64,000 nucleotides of DNA from Octopus vulgaris. Lineage: Eukaryota. Below are positions 24,690 through 39,350 of this stretch, piece after piece. Within the stretch, counting starts at the first letter, position 1. Every line of letters begins with the position of its first letter. The notes under the pieces were generated by a model that was not told the origin of the DNA, did no database searches, and worked only from the letters and a program-made list of their open reading frames with translations. A program made the position numbers and the translations under genes. The stretch is taken from assembly GCA_951406725.2 (NCBI GenBank), contig OX597836.1:4092001-4156000 (forward strand), given 5' to 3'.

Positions 24690-25060
24690 TCTTCAAATTT
24701 CAAATTCCGCCGGAGTCCACTTGGCCTGTCATAATTTCGGGATCACTAAAATGAATACCAGTTTAGCAATGGGTCAATTTAATAAACTTAACCCACCTCT
24801 GGCTCCGATATCACGGGCCTTGTGTCAAAATTTGAAAGCAACATTAATAAAAGACAAGGCGGTGACCTGGCGGAATCGTTTCTGCGCCGGACAAAATGCT
24901 TAGTGGCGTTTCGTCTGTCTCTAAGTTCTGAGTTCTAATTCCGCCGTGGTGGACTCTGCCTTTTATGGATAAAATGAATAGCAGAGGAACCCCGAGGCCG
25001 ATATAATCGATTTACATACATCCACGTAATTGGTGGTCTCGTTTCAAAACTTGAAACCAA
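24690..25060 (+). mobile_element. Two degenerate family A SINEs
   Basis: TTCAAATTCCGCCGGAGTCCACTT and AAGGCGGTGACCTGGCGGAATCGTT...TTCTGAGTTCTAATTCCGCCG. Confidence 0.65.
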
Positions 25061-25781
25061 TATTAAAGAAACACACGCACACACACCCACACACCTACAC
25101 CCCCTACACACATATGTACACACAGACACGCACATTACTACTCGTATTAACTAAGATGTCAGTTAATATATGAATAATTATTGATCATTAATGAATACGA
25201 ATCCCAAAGCTCAGGATGGCTTTTAACGGTAATTTATCAACCAACACACATTTCGCACACAAACACACATATTCAACATAAATCTCTATTAATTCCTATC
25301 TCCTCTCCTTTCAACTTTATGGTTTTAGGCCATCCTACTAATTTGTCGACACTTTTAGTGAGAAACTTGAAGTTTTGATTGCTGCTCCAATAATTTAGTT
25401 CCTCTCACTTCAACTCTGCAACTAAACAATTTATAGACGTGAATCTTACATTTCCTTGCGCGGTTGGGAAAAGCCGGGTTTTAATATGACCTTAAAATTA
25501 GTCTACTTTCCTTTTCTTTTCTTTCTTTCTTTCTTCCTTCATTTCTTTCCTTCTGTTTCTCTCTGTATATGTATATACTTATACGTTAGATTTATGTATG
25601 TATATATATATATATGAATATATACATACATACAGAAATATATGTATATATATCAATATATATATATATATGAATATATACATAGATACAAAAAATATGT
25701 ATATATATATGTTAATGTATATATATGTACATATATATATATATATGTATATATACATACATATACATATTTATATATATG

Positions 25782-25813
<32 letters not shown>

Positions 25814-25869
25814 TATATACACATACATATATATGCATGTATATATATACATACATAAACATATATATG

Positions 25870-25903
<34 letters not shown>

Positions 25904-26739
25904 TATATATATATGTGTGTGTTTGTGTATGTATATATGAATTCATTATATATGTAGCTATATGCAGATATATATATATATATATATATAAATTCACGCA
26001 CACTTACATATACACACGCATTCATATACACAGTTATAATGTCTTCATGTGTGCTTAAGTTAGTTAAGTATAAGAAGATCAGGAATAAAAATTTGTATTG
26101 TAATCACAAAAGATATTAGCAATGATAATAATATCCCATAATTCCCCCCATCGTTGTGTGTTGGCGTTAGCTTTCCTTTCCTTTTATTCCTTTCCGTTTT
26201 TCTACAACTTGTCGTTTGCTTCGCAAATCTATGTCTTCTGCCATTTTGAATTTCCTTCGAATCCTCTTTGATGTCGGGAAATATTGATATAGTTGCCTCT
26301 CCATGAATCAATCACATATAGACACAAAATATAAAACTATCAAATAAAATAAAAAAATATATCAAATATAATAAATAAATAAATTCCAATATTTCTACTA
26401 TAATCAATTATTTATATCAGCTAATCAATGTTCAAACGAGTTTTACTAACAAATGAAGATAATGTTTTTAGGAAAGGTTTCGTTTTATCGCTTGCTGATA
26501 GATTAGTTTATGTATTTTAGTCTTTTGAAATTCTAATAATATTGATCAATTTAATTGTATTTTATAGCTGTTATTGTTGTTGTTGTTGTTGTTGTCGTTG
26601 TCGTCTGCCGTCGTTGTTGGTGTTGTTACTGCTATTAAGCTCAATATAAGTATTGCGTTCTGACTTTTCGATCGTATGATAGATGTGTCATGAACTTCAT
26701 TTTAACCTCTGATTTACAGTGCCTGTGTTAAATGGTGAG

Positions 26740-26774
<35 letters not shown>

Positions 26775-26956
26775 GCTCACATATGTGTGTTTGCGTGAGT
26801 GTATTTGTGTGTTTGTGAGTGTGCTTATATATGGTAAAATCGGTGCTAATGTGTTGCTTTTGAGGGGTAATAGATAAGCATTCATACGTATATACATAAG
26901 ACGCTTTAATATGTCCGTTTCGTAGTGTAATTTATGTATCTCTCTCTGTCTGTCTC

Positions 26957-27016
<60 letters not shown>

Positions 27017-27119
27017 CGTGCGCGAAAATGACTGGGGATATGTGAGCATTAAAATATCTATATATATGAACTTTGAAAAATAAAAATATATTTAACAATG
27101 TTATTTGCATTCCTTTCTC

Positions 27120-27171
<52 letters not shown>

Positions 27172-27229
27172 TTCTTCAATCAGTCTATCTATCTATCTCT
27201 CTATTAGCCGAACTAATTTAACTTTCTAG

Positions 27230-27339
<110 letters not shown>

Positions 27340-27750
27340 TATATATATATATATATATATATACGAGTATATGTTGTTGAAAATGCACCTGAATTTGAAA
27401 AACTTGTAACTGTTTTGAAATAAATTTATTTGTATACGTATCAATCTAGTTTCTACATTTACTTGGTTATCAATGGGTATAAACGTACGGCAGTTAAAAT
27501 AATTTAAATTTGCGTAGTTGTAAGCGTTTAGATGGAAACTGAAAAGAAACCTGTCTTAAAGATATTCATATATATTTGTGTGTTTTATGTGTGCTTGTGC
27601 CTCCACCATCGCTTGACAACCGATGTTGGTGTGTTTCCGTCCCCGTAACCTAGCGGTTTGGCAAAAGACTACGATAGTATATGTCTTGTACTTGGTTCAA
27701 ATAACTAAAACATGTACAAGAAAAAAAGAATAAAAATCGGCGTATTCATT

Positions 27751-28140
27751 GGCGCAGGAGTGGCTGTGGGTTAGTAGCTTTCTTATCAACCACATGGTTC
27801 CGGTTTCAGTCCCACTACGTGGCACCTTAGCCAAATGTTTTCTACTATAAACTTCTGGTCGACTAAAGCCTTGTGAGTCGATTTGGTAGACGGAAACTGA
27901 AAGAAGTCTGCCGTATGTGTTTGTGCGTGTGTGCGTGTGTGTGTGTGTCTGCGTTTTTTACTCGACCATCTCTTGACAGCTGAGGTTGGTGTGTTTATGT
28001 CTACGTAATTTAGCGGTTCGGCAAAAGAGACCGATAGAATAAGATCTAGGCTTACAAAGAATAAATCCTGGGTTCGATTTATTCGACTAAAGGTGGTGCT
28101 CCAGTATGGCCACTGAAATAACTGAAACAAATAAAAGAAT
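27751..28140 (+). mobile_element. tRNA-derived SINE, family B (CORE-like), near full length
   Basis: GGCGCAGGAGTGGCTGTG...GGTTTCAGTCCCACT.CGTGGCACCTT...GATTTGGTAGACGGAAACTGAAAGAAG, internal (GT)n, 3' TAGCGGTTCGGCAAAAGAGACCGATAGAATAAG...CTGAAACAA; a partial copy lies at 27530-27680. Confidence 0.8.
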
Positions 28141-28850
28141 AAAATAATATGTACGTGCAGGTTCCTATATTTCCTAAATTCTGTTTTATGTATGTCTTCA
28201 TATGCTTATAGTTTCATGTCTAGACATGCTCTCATATACTGTAATGATAAACTTCCGTGAAATTTTACAGATTTTAACTGTTCCAATGACAGCTTGCATC
28301 TGTAGTCTTCCAATCAGCTTTCTACTTTCTAGCTTTGAGAAACTTAATTTCTCAAGATTAGTAATTAGGCAGTGCATTACATATCCCAGTGCCTAAATAA
28401 TGACAGGTATATGTATGTATGTACGTACGTATGTATGTATGTATGTATGTATGTATGTATGTATGTATGTATGTACGTGTGTATGCATGTACGTACGTAT
28501 GTACGTATGTGTGTATGTATGAATAGTTCTATCGATATTTTTTTTACTTCGTTTTTCAATTTGGTTTACAAGATCCTTAATGTGAAACCGTGTGCTTAAA
28601 AACATCTTGTCTTGTCTATGGAAGATCAGCATGCCAATACAAATAGAAGCACCTGCACTGGTTTAAAACCACTTCTTTAGTTTTTGCAACCAATTAACTT
28701 ATTGATCGTTTGTTTAATTGTTTAACACGAGGATCGAACAGTAATCGTTTGTCTATCAAATTTCTGTCGTAATTATTCGTGACCTGTTCTTTGATATGCT
28801 CGCAGTCTCCAAGGTCTGCCTTGAGTCTGTCTGAGAATAAGTCTAATCCC

Positions 28851-28892
<42 letters not shown>

Positions 28893-29419
28893 GGCATGTA
28901 CGTATGTCCTCTTTTGTTCATCCTTGTCTAAATCCTAGCCCCTAGATATCCTGATCATCTGCAGCATGTTAACTAAGGATGTGTATTCTCTTCCCAAGAA
29001 CCCTATTTTAACCATACTTTGCCCCAGAGCTGTTAGTGTGTATTCTTTTGCTCCAATAATTATAGGTAAGAAGGTGCAAGTATATCATGGATAATGGATT
29101 TGCAAACTCTTCATCAATGGTCCATAAATCTCCTCTTCCACTTACCTTATGTATGTATGTAGGTATGTATGTATACATTTAAGTCTGTGTGTGTATGTGT
29201 TTGCATCCCAGTGTCTCTGCGCATACGCGTGTACGGTGTAATCGTTTTATGAATTTGTAAGCGTCTATACGCGTGCGTATACGCATTCCCTCGCACGTGT
29301 GTGTGTGTGCGTGCGTGCAATTGTGCGTATCTCTGTGTATATGTATGTGTGCATATGCGTAGATGTGTGTGTGTTTTGTGTTATTTTGTTCTTGTACATG
29401 TGTGTGTGCACGTGTCTTC

Positions 29420-29540
29420 TTGTGTTCTTACGGACTTCTTTCAGTTTCTGTCGACCAAATCTATGCACAAAGCTTTGGTCGGCTCGAAGCTACTGTAGAC
29501 GGCACTTGCTCAAGGTGCCACACAGTGGGACTGAACGCTA
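29420..29540 (-). mobile_element. Family B SINE fragment
   Basis: CTTCTTTCAGTTTC..TCGACCAAAT...CAAGGTGCCACACAGTGGGACTGAAC. Confidence 0.7.
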
Positions 29541-29557
29541 AACAGTATTGTTATTAA

Positions 29558-29790
29558 GGCGGCGAGCTGGCAGAAACGTTAGCATGTCGGGCGAAATGCT
29601 TAGCGGTATTTCGTCTGCCGTTACGTTGTGAGTTAAAATTCCGCCGAGGTCGACTTTGCCTTTCATCAATTCGGAGTTCGATAAATTAAGTACCAGTTAC
29701 GCACTGGGGTCGATGTAATCGACTTAATACCTATGTCTGTCCTTGTTTGTCCCCTCTGTGTTTAGCCCCTTGTGGGTAATAAAGAAATAC
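29558..29790 (+). mobile_element. Family A SINE, near full length
   Basis: GGCGGCGAGCTGGCAGAAACGTTAGC...CCGCCGAGGTCGACTTTGCCTTTCATC...GATAAATTAAGTACCAG...TTTAGCCCCTTGTGGGTAATAAAGAAATA. Confidence 0.8.
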
Positions 29791-29905
29791 GTATTGTTAT
29801 GAAACATGACTCTTACAACTCATCGACTCCAGCTCCATATATATATGTGTGTGTGTCTGTGTCTGTGCGCGTGTGTGTGTATTATGTATATACATTTATA
29901 TATGC

Positions 29906-30004
<99 letters not shown>

Positions 30005-30331
30005 CATACAAACATAAAGTCATATACGTGCATATAAATTTAGGGAAGGCTTTGGAGTACAAATTTGTCGGATTTACCCTATTTCTATGTAGATTGAAAA
30101 ACTGAATAGCGTCAATCGATTTTCGACCTTTATTGTAGACTTATCAGAAATGTCTACTTCACTTGACCAATCCCAACGAAATAAGTAGGCATTCTGTTTA
30201 TACAGAAATCTAATCCAACCGCTTTAGAGAGCTAATTTGCACCCCATTAGTTTTCAACATTGTATGTAATATCAACGGCCTCTAAACGGGGAACCTTCCC
30301 TGCATTATAACAAGCTATGCTGTTATTGGTC

Positions 30332-30451
<120 letters not shown>

Positions 30452-30650
30452 CTGTGTGTGTAAACGTCTCAATTGTACGTATTTCTCCGTAACACACATA
30501 CACACAGGCGCGCGCACACACACACACACATACATACATAGGGTACAAGGGTACAAAAAAGAATTCCGGAAAATGGACATAAGATGAAATAAGAACAGCG
30601 ATAAACACGTAAAGTACGACTATATAATGCGTATGATTATTTGGGGTTAA

Positions 30651-30681
<31 letters not shown>

Positions 30682-30763
30682 TTCTCGTCTACGTAATTGC
30701 AGAGTAACTCGGATTACTGTAAAATTACATTTTCTATACCTGAACATAAAAAGAAACATTTAT

Positions 30764-30823
<60 letters not shown>

Positions 30824-31144
30824 GTTCATACATACATATTGCTAATATATATTCATATATAAACTTTTAAACTTTGTAAATAATCATACTTTATATATTT
30901 AATCATCTATCTATTAATACAATATTGGACTTGTATCTTTCTTTGATGATTTTTTGATGTAATTATCCTGCTCTAATTTTATAATATAATATATAATCGC
31001 TCTTATGGAATGTCTAAATACCTTTAATGTTTCAGACATTTCCCTACCAAGAGAACTTATTAGAAATTCAGTATATTGTATTCTTATTAGATAGATTTGA
31101 TTAACGATATATAATCATATAATCATATATAGATTCATACATAC

Positions 31145-31204
<60 letters not shown>

Positions 31205-31649
31205 TGAATCAAGCAGGAATAATAGAACCCGAGATAGGAATATATGCATATTTTTGCTACTATTTAGCGGAGGTAACAAAGTGACTCGAGGTCCGTGTGT
31301 TTCGTGCGTTGCCACTTATCAAACTAGTCACAGGTCGAAGTCATGAGCGTTTATACACTTGTTGGTAAATTCCAATCTGGTTTGTCCCAGAACCAATCAC
31401 GATAACACCAATTGGACAATTCAAATAGTTTGCCCGTTATTTCGTTCAATAAGCAAATCCATAGATCAGAGAATAAGCAAAATAATAAAGAGAGAAATAG
31501 AAAGAAGGAATCATGTGTGTGTCATCGCACATGCACACACACACACACTCACATACACAAACATACATACATACACAAGCATACATATATACATATATGT
31601 ATGTATGTTTATATATACGTAAGTGATAGATGTATGTATATATACTTTT

Positions 31650-32072
31650 TACTCTCTTTCACTCTTTTATTTATTTCAGTCATTTGACTGCGGCCATGCT
31701 GGAGCACCGCCTTTAGTCGAGCAAATTGACCGCAGGACTTATTCTTTGTAAGCCTAATACTTAATCTATCGGTCTTTGTTGCCGAACCGCTAAGTTACGG
31801 GGACGTAAACACACCAGCATCGGTTGTCAAGCGATGTTGGGGAGACAAACACACACACACACACACACGCATATATATATATATATATATACATATATAT
31901 ACATATATACGACGGGCTTCTTTCAGTTTCCGTCTCCCAAATCCACTCATAAGTCTTTGGTTGGCCCGAGGCTATAATAGAAGACACTTGCCCAAGGTGC
32001 CACGCAGTGGGACTGAACCCGGAAACATGTGGTTGGTAAGCAAGCTACCTACCACACAGCCACTCCTGGGCC
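31650..32072 (-). mobile_element. Family B SINE, full length
   Basis: Reverse complement of the 27751 element, close to the family consensus; internal microsatellite. Confidence 0.85.
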
Positions 32073-32339
32073 TATGTATATTTTGAAGATCTACAATTAA
32101 TTTGAAAAGTATGACATTTCTGATCGAAAAGTTGTATTTTAATGGTCGACGTATTTAAATGTATAGGATTTTAAAATTTTATAATTGAGAAGTAGGAAAC
32201 ATGTTTAAATGAGTAAATGTTCTCAAAATTCAAAATCAGAAATGATAAGCGAAGAATATACAAAATGTCTAACAACAAACTTTGAGTCATACTGAGTTAA
32301 GAGCGGGGGTGGGGGAGTAAAAAGAAACATGCACGTGAC

Positions 32340-32880
32340 AGAAAAACAGAATCCAAGATGCCCGAAGCTGTAAGAACACGTTTGGTTTGCTCAGCCAATT
32401 ACAGTTCCTCTCTGAGTCGATGTTCCTGTTCTTCAGGAGAAGCTCATGAACGAAAACAACTGCACAACTCCATCATATTTAAAGCATGATCTTATTTCTG
32501 ATGGTCCTGCTTTGGGATGGGGGTTGTTTGTGCTGGTTCATCAAACTTCCGCCATGATGGTTTGCGCTTTACATCCTATGGACGATCCATTTTGCGTAAC
32601 GTGTCATTGTTCTTTAAACAAATGTTGGATTTTTGTATTTACGGTTCTGCATCTAATCGTAGATGCAAATCCGTTAGGCGGGCTTAGGACTAATAAATGT
32701 TGGACGAAACCATTGAACTGGCTGACGTGAACAACTTGTTGCAGATGGTTTTCAGCACTTATTTGGATATCTGGAGAATATCTGCGAACATCTTCGTCAT
32801 ATAATTAAGCTGCAATTTGAACCGAAAAAATTCCTGATAGAAATCTTGAAGAACACGTAACACACAGGTTCTGAAATAGC
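32340..32880 (-). mobile_element. Decayed mariner transposase fragment
   Basis: Minus-strand remnants resembling WVPH.L, W...DEPA, HQ.K.M...GVV and TI.SE motifs, with many disruptions. Confidence 0.5.
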
Positions 32881-33259
32881 AACGTCTTCCTACACAGGAT
32901 TCGGCTAGATTCTTACCTTGGTCGAATGGAAATTCATGAGAGGTTGACGATGTTCTTTTGGCTCACCGTTTTCAAGGCAATACCTACTCCAGAAAATACA
33001 CTTGCCTCGTTGCAAGTTCTTCCCAAACTACATTGAACTATCGAGTCCACATGAGAAAAAGAGAGACTGGAGATCGCGACTTCTCGAAGTGCTTCAACTT
33101 TAGAGTGGACCAAAACGGAACGGAAATTTTGGCTAGCATAATATACGGGTTTGTGTGTATGTGTACGAGTATGTGTGTGTGTGTGTGTATCTAGTTATAC
33201 ATATATATGGAAGCGTTTATATATCTGACGTACACTTTACGGGGATAAAATCATACTAG

Positions 33260-33291
33260 AATCGGTTGTCGAGCGATAGTCGGGGGACAAG

Positions 33292-33322
<31 letters not shown>

Positions 33323-33502
33323 TCAAATATATACATATATTTATGTATAAGAAGAGTTTCTTTCAGTGTCCGTCTACCAAATCCACTGAAAAAGATTTGG
33401 TCTGCCCGAGGCTACAGCAGAAGACACTTGCCGAAGGTGCTACACTGTGGGACTGAACCAGGAGCCATGTGGTTGTGATACAAGCTTGTTGCTACACAGC
33501 CA
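33260..33502 (-). mobile_element. Family B SINE (partial)
   Basis: CGTCTACCAAATCCACT...GAAGACACTTGCC.AAGGTGC...GGGACTGAACC. Confidence 0.75.
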
Positions 33503-33534
33503 TATATAAATAATTATATATACATATACATCTG

Positions 33535-33571
<37 letters not shown>

Positions 33572-33578
<7 letters not shown>

Positions 33579-33616
33579 AGCACACACCCATAGAAATATA
33601 TTTATATATGTGAAGG

Positions 33617-33657
<41 letters not shown>

Positions 33658-33790
33658 AGCACACCCCCATAGAAATATATTTATATATGTGAAGGTATAA
33701 TATATATATATATATATATACACATACATAAGCACACACCTAGAGAAATATATTTATATATGTGAAGGTATAATATATATATATATATAT
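33572..33790. repeat. Three-copy minisatellite with variable (TA)n spacers
   Basis: ATACATAAGCACAC.CCCATAGAAATATATTTATATATGTGAAGGTATAA repeated three times. Confidence 0.85.
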
Positions 33791-34320
33791 ACATACACAC
33801 GCAGAATATGATCAAAATGTTCATTACAAAATCAACAAGAACATGAAAAGAATTTAAATTTTACAAAATTGAACTATAATAGTAAAAAAAACATAAGCTA
33901 ATATTTCAAATAGAAGCATAACAACAACAAAAACAACAACGACAACAACAACAAAACGACCACGTGAGCAATAGAAATAACGACAATAGGAAACAACGAA
34001 AATTAAAAACAAAACAATAACAGTCAAAGTATGCTTCAAAAGTATTTAGCTTCGAAATACAAAAATATAATATATGATATATAAAATATATAGACACAAA
34101 TATAACGGAATGGGGATTTAGGAGAGAAAGGAGAGAAATAATGAAGAGAAGTCAAAATGATAATAAAATCTTAAACTGCTGACTATATACTTGTTTCAAA
34201 TTAATTTATGCATATTGTAATTTTTCTTTCTTGTATTTTTAGTTTGTTTTGTCGTTAGATTTATATATTTCAGATATATACTAACTCCAGATCAATTGGT
34301 AGAGTATTTGATCGCCTTTG

Positions 34321-34473
<153 letters not shown>

Positions 34474-34657
34474 CGTGCGTGTATTTACATATATCTATAT
34501 AAACGCATTTATACATATATTATATATATACCAATGTATAAATGTAGGTATGTATATGAATATATATGAATACGTATGCATGTAAATTTACATATACACG
34601 TACATACAAACACACATATGTACATGTATATATGTGTGTGTATTTATACACACACAC

Positions 34658-34695
<38 letters not shown>

Positions 34696-34720
34696 AAATA
34701 TATATACATATGTATATGTG

Positions 34721-34799
<79 letters not shown>

Positions 34800-35135
34800 A
34801 CATATATATTTATATAGTTAGAGTGATTGAGCGATTGAGAAATAGATAGATAAAACATAAATAGATATATATTAAATTACACATACACACACAAACACAA
34901 ACAAACACACACACACACAAACAACATGCGTACACACGCATACACACACATACACACATATGGTATATATTTACATGAAGAGATAAGTGCTGAGTAAATC
35001 ATATTTAGTATTTTATAGTTTGCAATGCAAATTTGCTGTCCATTTGATATTTTCCCATAAACAGCTAATATTTCTGTTATATAGTAAATGTGTCAATACA
35101 AACACATATATATATATATTTATACACGCACACAT

Positions 35136-35171
<36 letters not shown>

Positions 35172-35189
35172 TTGTATATATATATGTAG

Positions 35190-35345
35190 GGAGAATTCGC
35201 AAAAAAAACAAAAGACGAAGACAGGTGGTGTAGAAAACAAATAGATATATAGGTTTTCTCGCTCGGGAAGTGAAAAGTCATTTACGTTTGGTGCCTACGC
35301 TCTTCCACAGAAAGGAACACAGAACAAGGAGAGAAAATAAGGGGA
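35190..35345 (-). mobile_element. Family H hammerhead-like short repeat
   Basis: Reverse complement shares TTTTCTACACCACCTGTCTTCGTC and CTTTCTGT.GAAGAGCGT.GGC with 22635-22815; flanked by (TA)n. Confidence 0.6.
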
Positions 35346-36032
35346 GAATATATATACATATGTATGTGTGTGTGTGTATGTGTGTTTACATATGTATATA
35401 TTTGTACATACAACTATATACATACACTACTACATAATATATATACATATATATATATATATATACATTTAGACATACATATATATATGTGTGTGTGTGT
35501 GAGTGTGTTGGTGTGTGTGTGTGTATGTATATGTATATATATATATATGTATAAATACATGCATATATATTTATATAAGTATATATGGAAACATAAGTGT
35601 GTTAGAATTTGTATGTTGGTGTATATATATATATGTGTGTGTGTGTGTGTGCGTGTATGAATGTATATATGCATAGACATCCACATATATATATATATAT
35701 ATATATAGATCGATATATATGTGTGTGTCTCTATGTTTGTGTATTCTAATGTGCTTCTGTGATTATATATGTCTAATAGACTTACATCTATAGAAATGTC
35801 TATTTGATCACTAAGGTGTTTAGAAAACTAAACTACGCTATATTATTATGTATCGTATAGCAACAGATAGTGTCAGTGACCTCTCGAAACCTACGACGTA
35901 TTGTGATGCATATTTCTATTTCTATTTCATACAAATCCGTCCGAAACACTACAAAGTATTTGCTATTCAGCATTTGATTATATGAGCCTTTATAAAATTA
36001 TTTATATGTGTATTTTGTTATACACACACAAA

Positions 36033-36092
<60 letters not shown>

Positions 36093-36251
36093 GGCCGCTT
36101 GCTCCAAATTTTTTTTTTATTCTCTCTCTTTTTATTTCCTCGTGTTTCTTTCCGGAGAAGAGCGTTGGCTGGAAACATAAAATACTTTCTCACCTTCCGG
36201 AGAAGGTTTATATACCTGTCTTCTTTATTTCTGTAAATTTCTGTAAATTTC

Positions 36252-36255
<4 letters not shown>
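36093..36255 (+). mobile_element. Family H hammerhead-like short repeat (diverged)
   Basis: CTTTCCGGAGAAGAGCGTTGGCTGGAAACATAAAAT...ACCTGTCTTC; lies between two (TA)n tracts. Confidence 0.5.
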
Positions 36256-36282
<27 letters not shown>

Positions 36283-36320
36283 CTGGGAGAGAGAAAGAGA
36301 AAGAGAGAGGGGTTAATTAA

Positions 36321-37497
36321 CCTAAAATACATTAGTGCAAGATAATTAATGATGTCTGCAAACAATAACCAGGCAAATACATAAATATCTAAGCGCCAGA
36401 AGACTTAATTTTATGACCCTTTATAACTGGCTCAGCCTGTGAAACCCAGCGTCGAAGCAATTTTCTAGACATCCTACTGAAAACCTTGCCGAAATACATC
36501 AAATTTTTTCATTAGACACGATTTAGAGATGCTAGAACACCCACGAAAAACAATTAATGAAGAGACAAGCTTGGTTTCCTTCGATGTCATCAATTTTTAC
36601 ACCAACATCCCACATGACTATGGAATAAAAGCAATCAAATTCTGGTTGAAAAATACCCCCAATTACTCCCGGATCGCATAAATCAGATCTTTATTATTGA
36701 ATCTTTAAAATTTATACCTCAGAACAATTATTTCCTATTTGATGACACACACAATCGTCAAAAGTGCGAAATTGCGATGGGAACGAAAGCAACTCCTCTT
36801 CTTGCGAACATGATAATGAGATATTATGAAGTGTCACTTCAAAAATATGGTTATGTATTTCATCATTACAAAAGAGAACGCTGGAAAAGATACCCGGATG
36901 ACTGGTATCATTTAGAAGGAGATCATCAACAAACTTTTGGACTTCAAATCAACAATATATGATATAAATAGTAACATTCAATTTACAGTGGAATACAACA
37001 AAGAACAGCTCCCATTCTTCTTCTTTTTATTATAATAAGAAATGTCAACAACCAAATTATAACTAACATCTATCATAAGCGAACGGACTTGAAACAATAT
37101 CTCCTCTTTAGCTCATGCCACCCGAAACACATCAAAATAAATATCCTCATTAATTTGGCAAAAAGGAATTGCACAGTAGTGTCTGATAGAACTACTCGGG
37201 ACCTTCGTCTTCGAAACTTCAAAACAATGCTAACTGAAAGACAATATCTACCCTCACTTACAGACGAGAAAATTTGCTGAGGACAGCAAAACGTAACACC
37301 ACACCTCATCTCAAAACATTACTGTATTTATCAGCCCACAACCCTAGAAACAGTGAGGCATACGACACTATTGTGGAAAATCTCCCTTTACCAAGTAGTG
37401 ATCCAAAAATGAACAACATCCTGAAAACGCATGAGCGCATCAAATGCAAAAAGTAACACAAATCGCTAAAGAAACTTCTAACACAAGCGAAGCTTTA
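36321..37497 (+). pseudogene. Decayed PLE RT fragment related to the intact element
   Basis: Colinear remnants PKIH, ACETQR.SNFLDILLK, LVSFDVINFYTNIPH, IAMGTKATP..AN, WKRYPDD, KQYLLFSSCHPKHIKINI..NLAKR, HNPRNSEAYDTI, LLTQA, with stops and frameshifts. Confidence 0.88.
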
Positions 37498-38999
37498 CAA
37501 CTGGCCGATAGAATGAGTACGAGGCTTAGAAAGAATAAGTCCTGGGGTCGATTTGTTCGTCTAACAGGCGGTGCTTCAGCATGGCCGCAGCAACATGACT
37601 GACACAAATAAAAGAATAAAGGAATAATTAGGATGTTTTCTAAGACAGTTTCTGCCTACCGAATCACACACAAGGCCAAGGGTTATAGCACTCAAAATAT
37701 TATGGTACTGGAGCCGAAGCCACTTCGTTGCAAAACTAATGTTGTAACCCCCACAGTCAAGCACATTTGTATTTGGAATATTTAATGATTAGCTTTCTGT
37801 TTTGTGCGAGAATTTATTTGCAGAATCGAGTAAGAACTATTCAATGGATAATACTGGGTTGGACTATTATTCTAGAAGTTTCTGAAATTAACAGTTCGAT
37901 GCCTTAATAACCATGTGGGAGTAGTAATGTTGAATTTCATGTGAAATATTTGAATACCGCACTGTTTCTTTTATAAATTATTTCTTTTCCGTTCGGGTTA
38001 CTATTTATCTGACACAGTAAAAAAGAAAAAGAATCCTACTGTTTGTCTACGCTGGCCTATGGAATAACGTTTCTTCTGTTATTCGTGATCGGAAGTATAT
38101 CATTACAAATATTATTAGAGAGCATTTCTAATCAAAAGCGATGATTACCGACGTTCGAAAATGTTCGTTTCTGAGCAACAGACGATTTTGGTCCTGTTTT
38201 TCGGAACATGCAAATTCCGTTTGAACATACACGTTTCTGTTTACTAATTCAGCCGATGTTATTTCGAAGGGAGAATTATCAAACAAGCGGGAATCCCCGT
38301 CGGCAATACGTTCGCATTTCTGATTTAATGACCAGGTGAAAAATTTGATGTTCCAGAAATTACTATGTCGCTAAATCAAGTTCTTTGTGCCATGGGACAG
38401 AAAATACTATTTCTTTCATCTTTAGAATTTTATCCCTACTTGAATTACGTTTAATGGAAGCGTGTCGGTTTCCATTGATGATATTATTGGCACGGTCTCT
38501 TGGAATAATAATTCCAGATTGAACACACAACCTGATTTCAATATGTGAGTTTCGTTTGAACACGCAAACTCTAAACGCAGAAGTATTGTGAATTATGCAA
38601 ACCTTCGCTTCGATTGTTTTTATATCTAAGGATTCCTTTCAAAATTATGGTACTGCATCTAAATATTTCTCCACCATAAACTTCCAGAACACTCACTCCA
38701 TGACTAAACGACTGCAATATGACAATCTGCCAACAGAACGTTGTGAAATTCCTCACATGCTATTCTATCGCATCTGTGGCACCCACCTTTGGCAAAATCC
38801 TGTATCAACTTCACCCTGTTCCCAGTTATACATAAATATCTAATTCACGACATGATGCGCGACATGGGAATGAATGACTGCCAAATGGTAACCCGTGGTA
38901 ATACTAAATACTAATTCGTGGGAATGTATGGATATTAAGTCATTCCACAATACAGAACATGGCCGAAACAATGTCTGTAATCGGTTATGTATTTTCATT

Positions 39000-39350
39000 A
39001 GGCTTGTTTCCTAACCACATGGTTCCGGGTTCACTGTGAGCAATCGTCTTGTATTATACCCTAGAGCTGACCAAAGCCTTGTAGGGGGATTTGGTATAGG
39101 AAACAGAAAGAAGCCCTTCATGTGTGTGCATGTGTGAGTGTTGTGGATGTGTGTGTGTGTCCTTGTGTCCGTGTTTGTACCCTACTCCACCGCCGACGGT
39201 GTTAGTTTCTCTCTGTCTCAGTAACTTCGCGGTTCAGCAAAACAGACACAGAATAAATAGCCGGGCGCTAGAAAAAAAGAGACTAAAATTGAGTTTTCCG
39301 GTGGTGCTCCAGCATGGGACCAGAATAATGACTGAAACAAGTAAAAGATA
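39000..39350 (+). mobile_element. Degenerate family B SINE
   Basis: AACCACATGGTTCCGGGTTCA...GACCAAAGCCTTGT...GGTGGTGCTCCAGCATGG...GACTGAAACAAGTAAAAGA. Confidence 0.7.

Noticed and set aside
26060-26311. 83 aa non-repetitive minus-strand ORF
   Set aside because: No recognisable domain or convincing splice sites
33572-33790. Repeat-spacer pattern superficially like a CRISPR array
   Set aside because: Spacers are only (TA)n, the context is eukaryotic and there are no cas genes
38150-38900. Possible Tc1-like transposase relic on the minus strand
   Set aside because: Only faint motif resemblance; catalytic motifs not readable
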